Below are positions 1 through 14,384 of a stretch of 64,000 bases of DNA, piece by piece. Each line of letters opens with the position of its first letter. The stretch's first letter is position 1. This DNA comes from Flaccisagitta enflata. Its lineage: Eukaryota. Both the position numbers and the translations under genes were made by a program. The notes beneath the pieces are model-generated. The model searched no databases, was not told the origin of the DNA, and saw only the letters and a program-made list of their open reading frames with translations. The stretch lies in NCBI GenBank assembly GCA_965153355.1, contig OZ231126.1, positions 36,208,001 to 36,272,000 on the forward strand, given 5' to 3'.

Positions 1-2640
1 TAATCAACTGTCTCGCCACAATGGCCTCCACAACTCAACTGTTGCACCACCATCTCAACCTTTACTTCCACTTACTCCACCAACTCAATAGTTTCGCCAC
101 AATCTCCTCAACATTTCAGTACTTACACCACCATGCCTTTACCATGCTCAACCACCATCTCAACACTTCCTACCACCTACTCCACCGACTCAACGGTTTT
201 GCCATCGCAACACTTTCTTCCAGCCACTTAACCAACTCAACTGTTTTGCAACAATCTCTTCCACAACTCAACACTTTCACCACCATCCACAACTCAACAC
301 TTTCACCACCATCTCAACCTTCACTTCCATCTACTCCACCAATTCAACTGTTTAGCCACAATCTCCTCCACAACTCAACATTGTCACCACCATCGCAACA
401 CTTTCTTCCACCCAACGGTCTCAACCTTTACTTCCACTTACTTCACCAACTCAACTGTTTTGCCACAATCTCCTCCACAACTCAACACTTTCACCACCAT
501 CTCAACCTTCACTTCTAGCCACAATATCCTCCAAAACTCAATATTTACACCACCATCTCAACACTTACTTCCACCTACTCAACAAACTCAACTGTTTTGC
601 CACAATCTCCTCCATAACTCAACGCTAACACCACCATCTCAACTGTTTTGCCAAACTCTCCTCCGCAACTCAACGCTTTCACCACTATCTCAACGTTTAC
701 TTCTACGTATCCCAGTATCGCAACTGTTTTGCCACAATCTTCTCCACAACTTAACATTTTCACAAACACCAATTCAGCTGTTTTGCCAAAATCCTCCACA
801 ACTCAACATTTTCACCACCATTGCAACACTTACTTCCGCCTACTCCACCAACTCAATAGTTTCGCCACAATCTCCTCAACATTTCAGTACTTACACCACC
901 ATCTCAACACTTACCTCCACCTACTCAACGAACTCAACTGTTTTGCCACAATCTCCTCCATAACTCAACGCTAACGCCATCATCTCAACTGTTTTGCCAC
1001 ACTCTCCTCTGCAACTCAACGCTTTCACCACCATATCAACGTTTACTTCTACGTATTTCAGTATCGCAACTGTTTTGCCACAATCTTCTCCACAACTTAA
1101 CATTTTCACAAACATCTCAAACTCACCACCATCTTAACACTTACTTCCATCTACTACACAACAAGGCCGGATACACGGCTACCCTAGTCGCGTGCGGGTG
1201 GGCAGGAGCAGTGCTGGAGAAGGTCACGAAAATATTTGGGCAGGAGCAGTAGGCTCAAATAGCTCAAAAACGCCGAAAAAGTAAAAAGGGGACCGACCGA
1301 CCGACCAACCGACCGACCGACCGACCGACCGACCGACCGACCGACCGACCGACCGACCGATGGACCGACATAGCGGGGTGTAGGGTCGCGTAGCACGCGA
1401 CTAAAAACTGTTTCAACAAAATCTTTTCCCACTTCCACTAGCTCGACATTTTCACTACTATCTCAATTGTTTCGCAAGAATCTCTTTCCATTGCTCCACT
1501 TATTCAACACTCTCACCATCATCTCGACACTTACTTCCAACTGTATTACCAACTCACCTGTTGCTCCAAAATCTTTCAGCACTGCTCAACAAATTCAACA
1601 CATTCATCATCATCTAAGCACTAACATCAACGTATACTACCAGCTTCTCACTCAGAACAACATGTAACATCTCAACACTAATTTCTATCTTCTGTACCAA
1701 TCTGTTTCCACATGTCCTTTATTAAACACTTTCCACATCGTCACAACACTTATATCCACCTATCCCACCATCTCCAACACTTGTACCAGCATGTCAACAC
1801 TTGTTCCACCATCTCAACACTTACCTCACCAACTCAATTGTTTCACCACATAATTTTTCCATTCCGTTACTAATTCAAGAATTTCACCATCTCAAAACTT
1901 ATCTCCATCTACTCTATCAACTGTTCAACCATACCACTACGCAATTGTTTTGCCACAATTTTTTTCCACTTAAGCAGGGCCAAGGTAACGCTTTGCTATC
2001 TTTTGACTGCTATTTCACTTCCACCAAACACTCATATTACCACCTTTCAAACACTTTTACCACCTCTTACACGAGCTTTTACCACCATCTCAGCAATTAT
2101 CTTATCTACTTCGCTGACTTAACCCATCTACCATCAACTGATAAGCTGATTTCACCTTCTCTGCCAACTTTACATCTGTGCCAACATCTGTGGCATCTGT
2201 GCCATCTGTGCCAACATCTTTGTCACCTTTATCTCCTTCTCAGCACTAATTTCCATATCATCCATCGATTGAAGATATCCAACACTATCTCAAGACTCTT
2301 TACAGCTCCCACACCAACTTATACCACCATCAAAGCGTTTACTCCAACTCTCTACACTGACTCAACACTTATACCATCACCTGATCATCTTTACTGACCT
2401 GCTCTCTATTTTCACCTTCTCTGGAATTTCACCACTATCTCAACATTTTTTGCCATCTCTTACACCAACACAACAATTCTGCCATCATCGCTGGACACTC
2501 ATGTAAACCTACTTTACTCATACATTCTTCTCGGCCAACTTTTTCTCATCTATAATCATCTCAAATCAACACTAATACGCATCTAATAAAACATTCTAAT
2601 TCTCACATTCATCCCATTCAATACCAACTCACCACCAACT
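1..2640. repeat. Degenerate C/A-rich (G-poor) minisatellite
   Basis: Recurrent 'ctcaacactttcaccaccat' and 'ccacaatctcctccacaa' motifs; same family as 33150-38400. Confidence 0.9.
1161..1405 (-). mobile_element. Non-autonomous Helentron-type element (HINE/DINE-1-like), family A
   Basis: On minus: 5' hairpin AGTCGCGT..ACGCGAC, (GTCG)n microsatellite, 3' subterminal CACGCGACT and terminal hairpin. Empty A-run site at ~36635-36642 in copy 2; no TSD. Confidence 0.85.
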
Positions 2641-3947
2641 AATATGGCATAACAAAACGGGGCCGCATTATTAGTTATAGTTGCATGCAGGGCGGGTCTA
2701 ATGCAGTTGTTGAGCAGAATAATGATGAAAGGGCTGCTCACATATTGGCCGTCAGGACGCAAAAAAAATAAGAATGGAAATCTTACATATCAAATTTCTG
2801 TGCCAAAAAAGCATCTTTAGCTTGCAGAGGGTTAAGATATATAATCTACCATTATAAGCCGCAATGAAGTGGTTTGAAATAAAATTGCGACCAAGCAAAT
2901 CAGTCATTATGTTTCTTCATTGGCGATACTGACTGATGAGTAGATGATACGAATGATCGACGAACTGGCCGGTTTAAAAAGGATAGGCTACAAACTTTTA
3001 ATGGCGTACACAAAAAAGCTATGGGAGGAGAGTCTAATTAATACAATTGGTAGTTATTCAGTCATTGGACAAACCAGTGTTGATGCATGCTTGGATAAAT
3101 ATTTTCCACATGTAAAGGTATTTAAATTTTATGTTTTTTTTATTATTTTGCTGGAATGGGCCAAAATAACAATAATGTACAACACTGTAAAAACAGTCAT
3201 TTTCTTTAAAAAACCAAATTTGTAGATTCTCTTATATATCCATGAGTGCAAAAGCAATATTTCAAAAACTTGATAACCATGCAGGTGGTGATTGACACTA
3301 AACGGTTGGAAAATCATTTGCTGTTTAAAATTCTTCTTTGCTGTTATTGAGATCAGTTTAGCTTGCTGATGTTTCACTTTAAGTATTTAAATCAACTGAA
3401 AATATCTTAGCATTTTATACACCAAAACTGTTTTATCCACTGACTGTAATAGCCTCAGCATTGCAAAAAAAAATTGAGAAGCTTTTTTCAGCGGACCTCC
3501 ATTGTTTCCTACTCAGAATGACGCTCCCTTTTTTCCGTCATTGCTGCTGCAGAGTTGAGTAGCGTTTTATAATTGTTTCACTGAAGAATTAGTCTGTTTT
3601 GTTTTTCAGATGATCAATGCGTCATTTTTTCCTCTTTTCATTTTTGTTCAACACCCACCATTTTCATTCGACCTGACATAAAGAATGTTGATTTCGATTT
3701 TCACAACGAATAAAAATTCATCGCTGGTTGAAACATAAAGGGCAGAAAAAGAAAGAGAAAAAGAGAGAGAGAAAAGAGAGAGAGAAAAAAAAAGAGAGAG
3801 AGAAGGGAGAATGAAAGGGACAGAAAAGTAAATGCAAGATGAGAAAAGAACATCTTCATCTCAATGGGAATAGAGGTACAACATGTGTCATATCGATGAA
3901 GATTTAGGTGAAATATTACACACACACACTATTCCGCGACTAAAAGT

Positions 3948-4455
3948 AACTAGTCATCTAAGGATCGCACATGGTCAGTGGTACCCGATGCCCTTCTTGG
4001 AGTGATCTGTTGAAGAGGTGGAGTGAAAGAAGTACAGCAGCCCAAAAGGGTCAATTACCTATAAGACGCAAGGGTGAATTTCCAGATACCCTGTGAGGTT
4101 TGTTTGTGGCCTTAATGAGTTTATTCATGCAGGGCTTTGAGGGTTGATTTGATTGCTTGGAGAGCAAATATGAAGCATATAAGGCCTGACAGGGCAATTT
4201 GAAGGTTAAATCAAAGTCTTGGAACTCATATTATATGCTTAAGAGAGCAAATTTGAGACCATATTTGAGGTCAGAGCCGGAATATAAGCTCAAGAGAACT
4301 GATTTTAGACCTAAGAAGGCTGATTTTGGGCCTGAGAGGGCTGATTCAGGGTTTGCCAAATGGGGGAGGGGACAAACAAACATAGAGACAGATATCTAGA
4401 AATTCACCCCTGTGTCTTACAGGACATCCGTCCTTTGGGGCCGCTGCCCAAAAAA
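3948..4455 (-). mobile_element. Degenerate family B-related element (TTTTGGGCAGCGGCCCC 5' end)
   Basis: Ends 'ggggccgctgcccaaaaa'; inverted copy near 4035; also at 40148-40663. Confidence 0.65.
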
Positions 4456-4569
4456 CCATGTCATTACTCACCAGCGAGAACGCAAAGAATCCTGAGTTGT
4501 GTTTTTATTCCATCACAAATGCGACTATCTTGAAAGATTTGTTTCTGTATCATTCATCGTGTTTCAGGG

Positions 4570-4659
<90 letters not shown>

Positions 4660-4661
<2 letters not shown>

Positions 4662-4812
4662 ATTCATCGTGTAAATCGTCGTCATCACAGTCATAATAAT
4701 AGTCATCGACCCAAATTTCAGGAGATTCCACATAGGCGTCATAGAAGCAAGTACGAATGCCGCCCAACTCGAGGATCGCCATATTCCGCCACATGTCACA
4801 TTCGTCGCACAT
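4660..4812 (-). CDS. Candidate 50-aa acidic Cys/Tyr-containing microprotein (MCDECDMWRN...DDDDLHDE), copy 1
   Basis: Acceptor ttcctgtttgcctttcag at 4825-4826, context GCCGCCAAGATG, TAA at 4660, AATAAA at 4504-4509. Nucleotide-identical to 40818-40970. Confidence 0.5.
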
Positions 4813-5063
4813 CTTGGCGGCAGTCTGAAAGGCAAACAGGAACCCACGGTAGGCTAAAAATTGTCATGTGCGATTGAGCAAAAGCACGACGCGAAGCGAG
4901 GAGCCCTCACAAACACCGAGAAAGCCACCTTGTCAAAAAACTGCGGTTTTCTAGTCTGTCTGTCTGCCTAGATGTGCCTAGATGTGCCTGGCTCTTTCTC
5001 CCTTTCTTCAATCCACGTATTCCTTTCTTTTCTTTTCTTTTTCTTTCTCCCTTCCTTCCTTCC

Positions 5064-5169
<106 letters not shown>

Positions 5170-5387
5170 TACATATTGTGTAAGCGGTTCTCCATTTGTA
5201 AGATTCGATCATTTTGTTCTCTACGGCTACGCATCTAGGCCTCTCTGAAACAGTTGGTTGGTCGATCCGTTTGCTCTCTGCATGTTTAAAAAGTGTGTGT
5301 TAAAAGCTTGCTTCATGCTTGTGAATAGGTACTAATCCTTTTTTCACGTGTTTGTTAGTTGTTTGGTTAGACAGTTGATTACAACTT

Positions 5388-5567
5388 TTTGGTCGCGTGC
5401 ACGCGACTCAACAACCCGCTCTCTCCGTCTATTAGTCCGTCCGTCCATCTGTTCGTCCGTCCGTCCGTCCGTCCGTCCATCCATCCGTCCGTCCGTCACG
5501 CTTAGCTTTTTTTCGCCGCCCCTGCACACCCGCACGCGACTAAGGTAGCCGAGTTACCGGCCTTGTT
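5388..5567 (+). mobile_element. HINE family A (shared by both duplicates; other copy 41550-41750)
   Basis: tttttGGTCGCGTGCACGCGACT 5' hairpin, (GTCC)n, CACGCGACT + GCCG..CGGC 3' hairpin, ttgttt end. Confidence 0.8.
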
Positions 5568-5792
5568 TTTTTCATATTTCTCATTCAAAAGATAATTGTT
5601 CTTGTTTGCGTTGCTATAAATGGTTCTGAATCTGTTCTAAGAAATAGTCGAACTTTATAAATGACCGATAAGATTTCGCTTGTTGGTTAAACAAGAAAAA
5701 GATAGTCCAACTGAAAGATGAACTACCCAAGTGCCATCCAGCCGGCCGCCGGCCAACAATATCCAGGAAAAAAGACTAGTAGTGGCCGATAC

Positions 5793-6385
5793 ATGAATGA
5801 ATGAATGAATGAATGAATGAATGAATGAATGAATGAATGAATGAATGAATGAATGAATGAATGAATGAATGAATGAATGAATGAACAAACGAATGAATAA
5901 ATGAATGAAGGGTTGTGTGAATAAATGGATGAGGGAATGAACAGAATGACAAAAATGAACTAAATGGCAATAAACGGCAATTAATGATCGGTTGACCGAA
6001 TGAACAGAATGATTGAATAAATGAATGAATGAATGAATGCATGAATGAATGAATGAATGAATGAATGAATGAATGAATGAATGAATGATTAACGGTTGAA
6101 TCAATGAATGGTTGAGAGAATGAATGTATGAATGAATGAATGAATGAATGAATGAATGAATGAATGAATGAATGAATGAATGAATGAATGAATGAATGAA
6201 TGAATGAACAAGTAAATGGCAATCAACGATAGTAATAAAAAGAATGAGGAGTATTTTTGAGAATGAATGAATGAATGAATGAATGAATGAATGAATGAAT
6301 GAATGAATGAATGAATGAATGAATGAATGAATGAATGAATGAATGAATGAATGAATGAAAGAATGAATGAATAAATGCATGAACA
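5793..6385. repeat. Interrupted (GAAT)n microsatellite block (also 41980-42540)
   Basis: Direct observation. Confidence 0.95.
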
Positions 6386-6732
6386 AATAGATAGCAATGA
6401 ACGCTAGACATCATACATATCTTCTTTAGTAACTTAAAACCCGATCACCGACCAACCTACCGACCGGCCTAACTGCAAGCAACTTGATTCAATCAAACGA
6501 CTTACTGTAATGATCCTCAAGGACAACGAGGAAAGAGAATGCTGATTTTGACGAGAAGATCGAATCGATAAATCCTACGAACGACGAAAACCAAAAATAC
6601 ATGACGACTAAGATTAACACTAGATTTTTTCGTGCAAAACATCGTTGGCTTTAACGAGATAAATATCCGCGATAACACTATAAGAGAGGATTTGTTTGTA
6701 TGTCTTAGGGGCGGACGGTCGGTCGGTCGATC

Positions 6733-6823
<91 letters not shown>

Positions 6824-6982
6824 GTGTGTCTATCTGTGTGTGTATGTCTGTCTGTCTGTGTATGTATGTATGTGTGTGTGCGCGCGAACACGTGCGTTTG
6901 TGTCGCGTTTGTGTTTCTCTGCGGACTCATTTTTACAGAGTAAAAACATATTTGAAAAAAAAATCTTTAAATTTCTTCTTAC

Positions 6983-7168
6983 GATAAAATGTAAGGAGGT
7001 GTTGATCCGACAAGGTCGGTCGAATGGAGTGGCGTTGGTCCATCGGTGCACAGGCTCAGTCGACCCACGGCCTAGATGCGTGCTAATTTATGAAATCTCG
7101 ATCGCAGCGGATCCTGAGATCTTCTTCATGCCTCAGGGCCGCGGCCGGCGCAGCGCTCGAAGCAGCAA
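6983..7168 (-). other. Candidate non-coding internal exon (186 nt)
   Basis: Acceptor tttcttcctgcgttttcccag, donor C|gtaaga, GC-rich, stops in all three frames; retained in copy 2 (~43198-43384). Confidence 0.4.
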
Positions 7169-8390
7169 CTGGGAAAACGCAGGAAGAAAGTCGGAGTTTT
7201 GGTCCCGTCAAAACATGTTTGTGAGTGTTTTACGGGGTTGTAGCGTGAAAAAAACGCAAGAAACACCTTTGATAAAGACATTGACAAGTTGTTTCATGGA
7301 TTTTGACGGACACGATTTCGTAGGGAGACCAATAAAATCGTGGAAAATCCCCAAATCTTTCTGACCCTTTGTTTCGTGATTCTCGGCTTCTCTACTAGAG
7401 GGCCAGGAAAGGAGGATAGAAAATAACAGAAGGGCAATTCCCTCCACGTGTCAAAGGGAGTACTGAGCGAGAGTCGAGTGAAGCCCGGAGAAAATGTTAA
7501 TGAGGCAAGATTTCAGTAAAAAGAGAATTTGGGCGTCTTTCTTTGTTACGCGTGTTTCTCTCCCATTCTACTAGAGGGCCAGAATTTGAGAGAGTTAACA
7601 AAACGACAAATTTGAGATTTTGCCACATTTGCCACATTTTGAGATACGGTTACTAGTCGCAAACTTGAGGTCCACCCAACTCATCATGGTAGAATATATA
7701 CCATTTTACAATTTAGAAATTGCCCAGGTTTTCCCCGAGTGATCCTGGCACGCCGAGAAAGTTTTTTCTCTCTTTCAAAACGAATCCAATCATAAAATTC
7801 ATGAAACTGTGTCGAGTTTGAGTGAATAAATGCTTTTCTGTACATCTAAGGAATAGAACAAATTGTCAAGCGTGTCGATTGTTTTCCTGTTCGCCAGCAT
7901 GTTCTCATTTGAATATCAAGTGCCTTGGAGTCTTTGAGTCTTTGTGTTCCTCATAAATCTTTACAGAAATATGGCACTTGACAAATTACTTCAATGATAT
8001 TGCTAGCGAAAATAACTACCGATGGGCAGGGTAATGTCTAGAAACTATGATACATGTTCATATGTGCCTGCTGAAAAGCATCCTGATTTTAAACAGGTGA
8101 CGCAGGGTCACAATATCGACGGTTGGGGAGGGGCGTCCAACCCCCATCCACACCCCAACCCTCAGCCCTTTGCCCTTTGCGTAAGTGCCCCTGCCCAATC
8201 AGAACGAACTTGTTCATCTATCAGCTGATACTCTCTCCGCTAAACGAATATCTTCCTGTCTAAACTGCTATTAAGTTCTCAACTCCAATTGGCTGAGTCA
8301 CTATCAAAAATATCGAAGCAAACTGAAAAGTTTAAACAAGTTCTCGTTAAGAAAATTGAAGCGAATTTTAGCCGCGTACGTGTGGGTTGG

Positions 8391-8392
<2 letters not shown>

Positions 8393-8461
<69 letters not shown>

Positions 8462-8462
8462 C

Positions 8463-8523
<61 letters not shown>

Positions 8524-8600
8524 CCACCAACAACAACAACAAAAACAGTAACAACAACAACCGTAACAACAACCGTAACAACAACCGTAACAACAACCGT

Positions 8601-8674
<74 letters not shown>

Positions 8675-8690
8675 AAACAGCAACGACGAC
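8393..8690. repeat. Compound (CA)n-(AAC)n microsatellite with CGT interruptions (also 44601-45010)
   Basis: Direct observation. Confidence 0.95.
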
Positions 8691-8804
8691 GGATAGACAG
8701 ACAAACCGAATGACTGACCGAAGATTGTACTGACAGACAGACAAACAGATCTAAACTAACAAAAACAAAAATATTGTTTCTATAAGTATAAGCTATTTTG
8801 ATTA

Positions 8805-9714
<910 letters not shown>

Positions 9715-10611
9715 TTACAACGAGATATCAACATGGCGTGTGGTTGGGATGGAAATCTGACCGTAGTGCGATTGCAATGCGTGTGCAGAGATCCATTTGT
9801 GCCCCACAAAAGATGCTCTTCATTTCACACAGAGTCAGAGAGTCTCTCTCTTTCTTTACTCGGTTTTATTCAATCTTTCAGCCGACAAATGACGACGACG
9901 ACGAGGAACTAAGAGTCTTCTTTGATTTCTCCCGGGCCCTCGTCCTCAGATCATCATTTTCACTTTTCCTCTTCACTTGCTTAGAAATCTCCACGCTGCC
10001 AATTCCAGATTAATCGTCCGGATGCCTGACTGTCATTATCTTCGATGAGATTTCTTGAATTGACTGACTGTCATTTTTGCTGTCATCTTGTAATGATTGA
10101 CTGTCGTTAGCTTCGATGAGCTCAATTGACCAACTGTCATTATGATGACAGACTTTTCCCTACTTGATGAGGGCAAACGTCCGTCCGTCCGTCAATTTTT
10201 ATCTATTTTGACGTGCCTTACTGCCTCTCTATCGTTCTTTTGATGAGTTCCGATGCCTGTCGTTACTCTCTTGGTGTATGGTCCTGAATGTCTCATTATC
10301 GTAATAACGGCGTTGCTTGATTATTCTGACCATTCTCCATTATATATCTGCGCTATCATATATATGCATAAAAACGATCATCAGTTTTCATCACATATAT
10401 CATCACGGCATCATCACAAAAATTTCAATACTGTATATCATTATCTTTCCTACATTCAAATGTCCGTCCAGACTGGCAGTTTTCCTTCAAGGTCAGTTTG
10501 TAAAAAAGGTAACCGGAAAAAGTCCTTTCCTTCAGTTCACGAAAAATCTAATGGATCCATCACTCAAGATTCTCTGTGGAACTGACTCAAAAAGGGAGCT
10601 TGTACTATGTA

Positions 10612-11257
10612 CCGGGTGGTCAAAAAAAAAGTGACCAAGCTAGAATTTTCTCCAATAGGTTTTGATTTTTTTTTATAAGTTTATATTTCAAAAATAAAGT
10701 ATAGTGTACAAAAAAAATAATTTTATTTTTGATTTTTTCAAACAAATTACCATATAAGTGTAAAAAAGTAAAATGTTTGCATAGATCAGTAATAACATAA
10801 ATATCAGCTAATTTGAAAAAACACATACCTTAACTAGGTCATGTCTGATATAAACACAATTAATTGTAAGTCTCCAAGCTTTGGTTAAAGAGATTTGAAT
10901 AGAAAACAAAAGAATGTTTTTAAGAAGTACCTTTTTTTTTTTGTATGCATGTATTTTTAAGATTTTTCTTTGATTTTTTTCAAGGTTTCGAGTCATCTTT
11001 AACTATAAATAGTGAATCTATAAAAAATTTTTAGTTTTCATACGAAAAAATTTTTCAAAAAATCAAAGCGGTCCAACATTAAATTGAGTCAATTGTAAAT
11101 AGCTCCAAATATAAAAAAGATATAAAGAGATTACAATAATGAAAAAAATTCTCCTGCACCATATCTTTTTAGCAAAAAAAAGGAATTTTTTTCATAAACA
11201 TTTTTTTATAAAAGATATGAGTAAACAAAAAAAAACACTTTTTTTTTGACCACCCGT
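10612..11257. mobile_element. Tc1/mariner-type MITE
   Basis: TIR CCGGGTGGTCAAAAAAAAAGTG, TA TSD; empty site 'ctatgtacatcc' at ~46004-46015. Confidence 0.92.
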
Positions 11258-11780
11258 TACATCCTTTTTTCTTTGTTTTTTTTTTTTTCCTTTTTTGTTC
11301 TTAGTGAAGTGGTTTGACCATCTGTTTACCAAAATTCTTCAGGATCGTTAAACGTAAACCAAAAGAGCTGTCTACCAAAGGATAGCCGACCTATTCTCCT
11401 TCAGAGATGCAAGGACACATCTGAACATGAGGAGCATGGGGCATGATTTCTCAACTCTAAAGACGCATCAACTACTGGCCTTGTCTACACTGTCTGATTA
11501 TTTTCTTATTCTGGGCTCTTCTTTATTTCTTTCCCCCTCTCTTTTATCTCTTCCTCCTTCCTCCTCTTCTTCCCAAAGGATTTTCTCTCGAGTCATTGAT
11601 TTCCTTTTTTTTCTTTGCCTCCTCATCTTCTATTCCTTTTTATCTCACTTCCCCCTTTATCACAGTCTCTGTCTTTGTCTCTGTTCATCTGTCTGTCTCT
11701 TCGCGTCTCTACGCATCTCCCTCTTTGCCTCTCTGTCGGTCTTTGTTTTTTCTGCCAGTCTGTCAGTCTGTGTGCCTTGC

Positions 11781-12003
<223 letters not shown>

Positions 12004-12195
12004 TCCATTCTCCTTCTCCATCCTTGCCATGCTTTTTTCCTCCTTTTTTTCGCTTTTCTAAGTACAAAAGTTCGGCGAGATCAAAAGGTCGGCAAGCGTG
12101 AGCAAGATTTTCCAGTCCGACACAAAAAAAAATGGCCATCCATCGACTAGGGGCAGGGCTGCGCGGGCCGCAAGCTGTACTGTGCGCGAGCGAAG

Positions 12196-12258
<63 letters not shown>

Positions 12259-12356
12259 GAGACAGACAATTAATATCAAAGAGACAGATATAGAATTACA
12301 GATGATTACATGGATGATCAGATAGATAATCAGATAGATAATTAGATAGATAGATT

Positions 12357-12443
<87 letters not shown>

Positions 12444-12734
12444 TAATAGATAGATATATAACGTTAGACAATTTTGTAAATAGATCAATATAAAAGCATA
12501 ACAGATGCAGATAGAAGGTCGGAAGGACTAACTGAAACATAGATTGAAATAGACAAAGACAGATAATACAAGAAAAAGAGTGACATATGGAAATGCAGAC
12601 AGTAAGAAGGAAGAGGGACAGATAGACAGACAGACAGACAGACAAATCTACAGTAAAAAGCGAGATGGGGAGAGACATTCAAAGAGAGACTCTAGAAGCC
12701 AAATGGAAATGAGGCCCGTATAACCGAAGGCCGC

Positions 12735-12800
12735 GACGAATGAATGCGAATATATCAGAGGCTTTTATATAGTGTGTTGCTTGCGCGTGCGACTGACTCA
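12735..12800 (-). promoter_or_regulatory. TATA box + Inr core promoter with AP-1-like site, copy 1
   Basis: Minus-strand TATATAAAAG starts at 12771; TCATTC Inr has its +1 A at 12741 (30 nt spacing); TGACTCA at 12794-12800. Block 12661-12912 reads identically in copy 2. Confidence 0.6.
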
Positions 12801-13899
12801 GACGTGATTCAATTCGCGTGATTTGTGAAAATGAAAGAAAATATCCGCGAGACGGCTCAACGGCCGAGAACGTGCTCATGTACGATCAAGATGCTGACAG
12901 TATATCTCGTTTCCTGTTTCCTTCTTTATTTCTTCATCCCCCTTTTACACTCACCACCTCACAGTCAATCCTTGCCACTTATTTCACCTCTCCATTTTCC
13001 ATCCCTCCCCTCCCTACCCACTAGTGGGCGACTTCTCCTCCTTCGCAAATTTCCTTCTTTCCTTAACACCGTGTTCTCTTCGTGCTTAGTCCCTCTGTCT
13101 GTTATGATTTCCTGTTGTAATCAATGAAATAAATCCTTTCAATCTCACCATACTAATTACTAAATGTCCTTTTTCCTACCCACTTCCCCATCGAGTTTTT
13201 TTTTTTTTTTAATTGAGCGACACTTTTTGCTTCTCATAATCACAAATCCCTCTTTCTTCAACTTTTCTTTTTTTTCCTTTGTTGTTGTTCTTTATTACTC
13301 TTTATTGTTCTTTGTTGTTCTGACTTAATCCTGATGCTTTCCTCTCGTCTCTCCTCTTTCTTTTTCTAGTTTTTCCTTGCTCTTTTTCCCCCTCCTTTTC
13401 CTCGTTACTTCATGTGTCTATCACCAGACCCCTCCGAGCTTTTGCCCTTCCCATACTCGGCATGTGTGATCAACGGATTGTAAAGAACATAAAATAAGTC
13501 GGGAGTGAACGATTGCGGGAGTCAAGTTGCTTTCCCCTAACCTCTACCTTTCCACGGTCTTGTCGTCATATTGAGTCATTGACATCGCACCTGAGATTAA
13601 ATGGCATTGTTCATGAAACTGTTCAGTGTTCATAAAATGGTAGTGTTTGTGTAACTGTTCCTATATATTCAAGTGCGTGAAGTTTACTGATGAGGGCCGC
13701 ATAGGCGACAGTAATGGCGTAGGGGTGTGTCAGATGCCGTGGATCAGGCGTGGATCTGGATGTAAACAATAATTACCATGTACTTTTAAGTGGATAGAAT
13801 GACGCACGCTGACGCAATTATAAAAACATGTGTCACGTGATTGCCTGAAATGCGCGAGACCTAGCAATAGAAAGACAGACATACATACTTACATACATA

Positions 13900-14332
13900 C
13901 ACTCTTTTTTTTATATAAGGACCAGTAAATTTTTTTTGAGGCTGGGATGTCCTTAGATTTTAGCAAACTTCAGGCTGAAATGTCCTTAGCGTGTCCTTAA
14001 TATTTTATTATGATTTTCTTGTGATTATGTTTTATGCATTGAAATAATTGATGTTCAGTATCATGAAACACAAGTTGGATATGACAGTAATTGCTTTGTA
14101 GGTGTTTTTTTTTAGAATATTATATCATTTAGCAAAAATGAATACTTTCATTTCTTTTAAACATGGTTATTTTCTTTAAGAAGTTGCGTAAAGACAATCT
14201 AAATTTTAAATCAAAAAAATTTTTTTTTCTTCAAATCTGAGGCTGGGCTTTGTTCTTAAAATGTCCTTAATTTTTGGCAAAATTTCAGCCTCATGTCCTT
14301 ATAAACTTTGTCCTTACTCAAAAAAAAGAGTG
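13900..14332. mobile_element. Tc1/mariner-type MITE
   Basis: TIR CACTCTTTTTTT..TAAGGAC, TA TSD; empty site 'tacatacatgacg' at ~51865-51877. Confidence 0.9.
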
Positions 14333-14384
14333 TACATGACGCGCTTGACGGGCACAGACAGGAATGCACAAAGATTACTCGCTC

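Noticed and set aside
2925..2965. Hammerhead-like CTGATGA-GTA..TAC-GAA motif (also ~38705)
   Set aside because: GAAT instead of GAAA, and no stem III or UH cleavage triplet can be formed.
7126..7168. CCFERC as an insulin A-chain or WAP-like motif
   Set aside because: Only 13 codons before a stop, remaining cysteines missing, and no upstream coding exon found.
13686..13715. Second CTGATGAG hammerhead-like motif
   Set aside because: No GAAA core; better explained as the decayed hairpin end of a HINE-like repeat.
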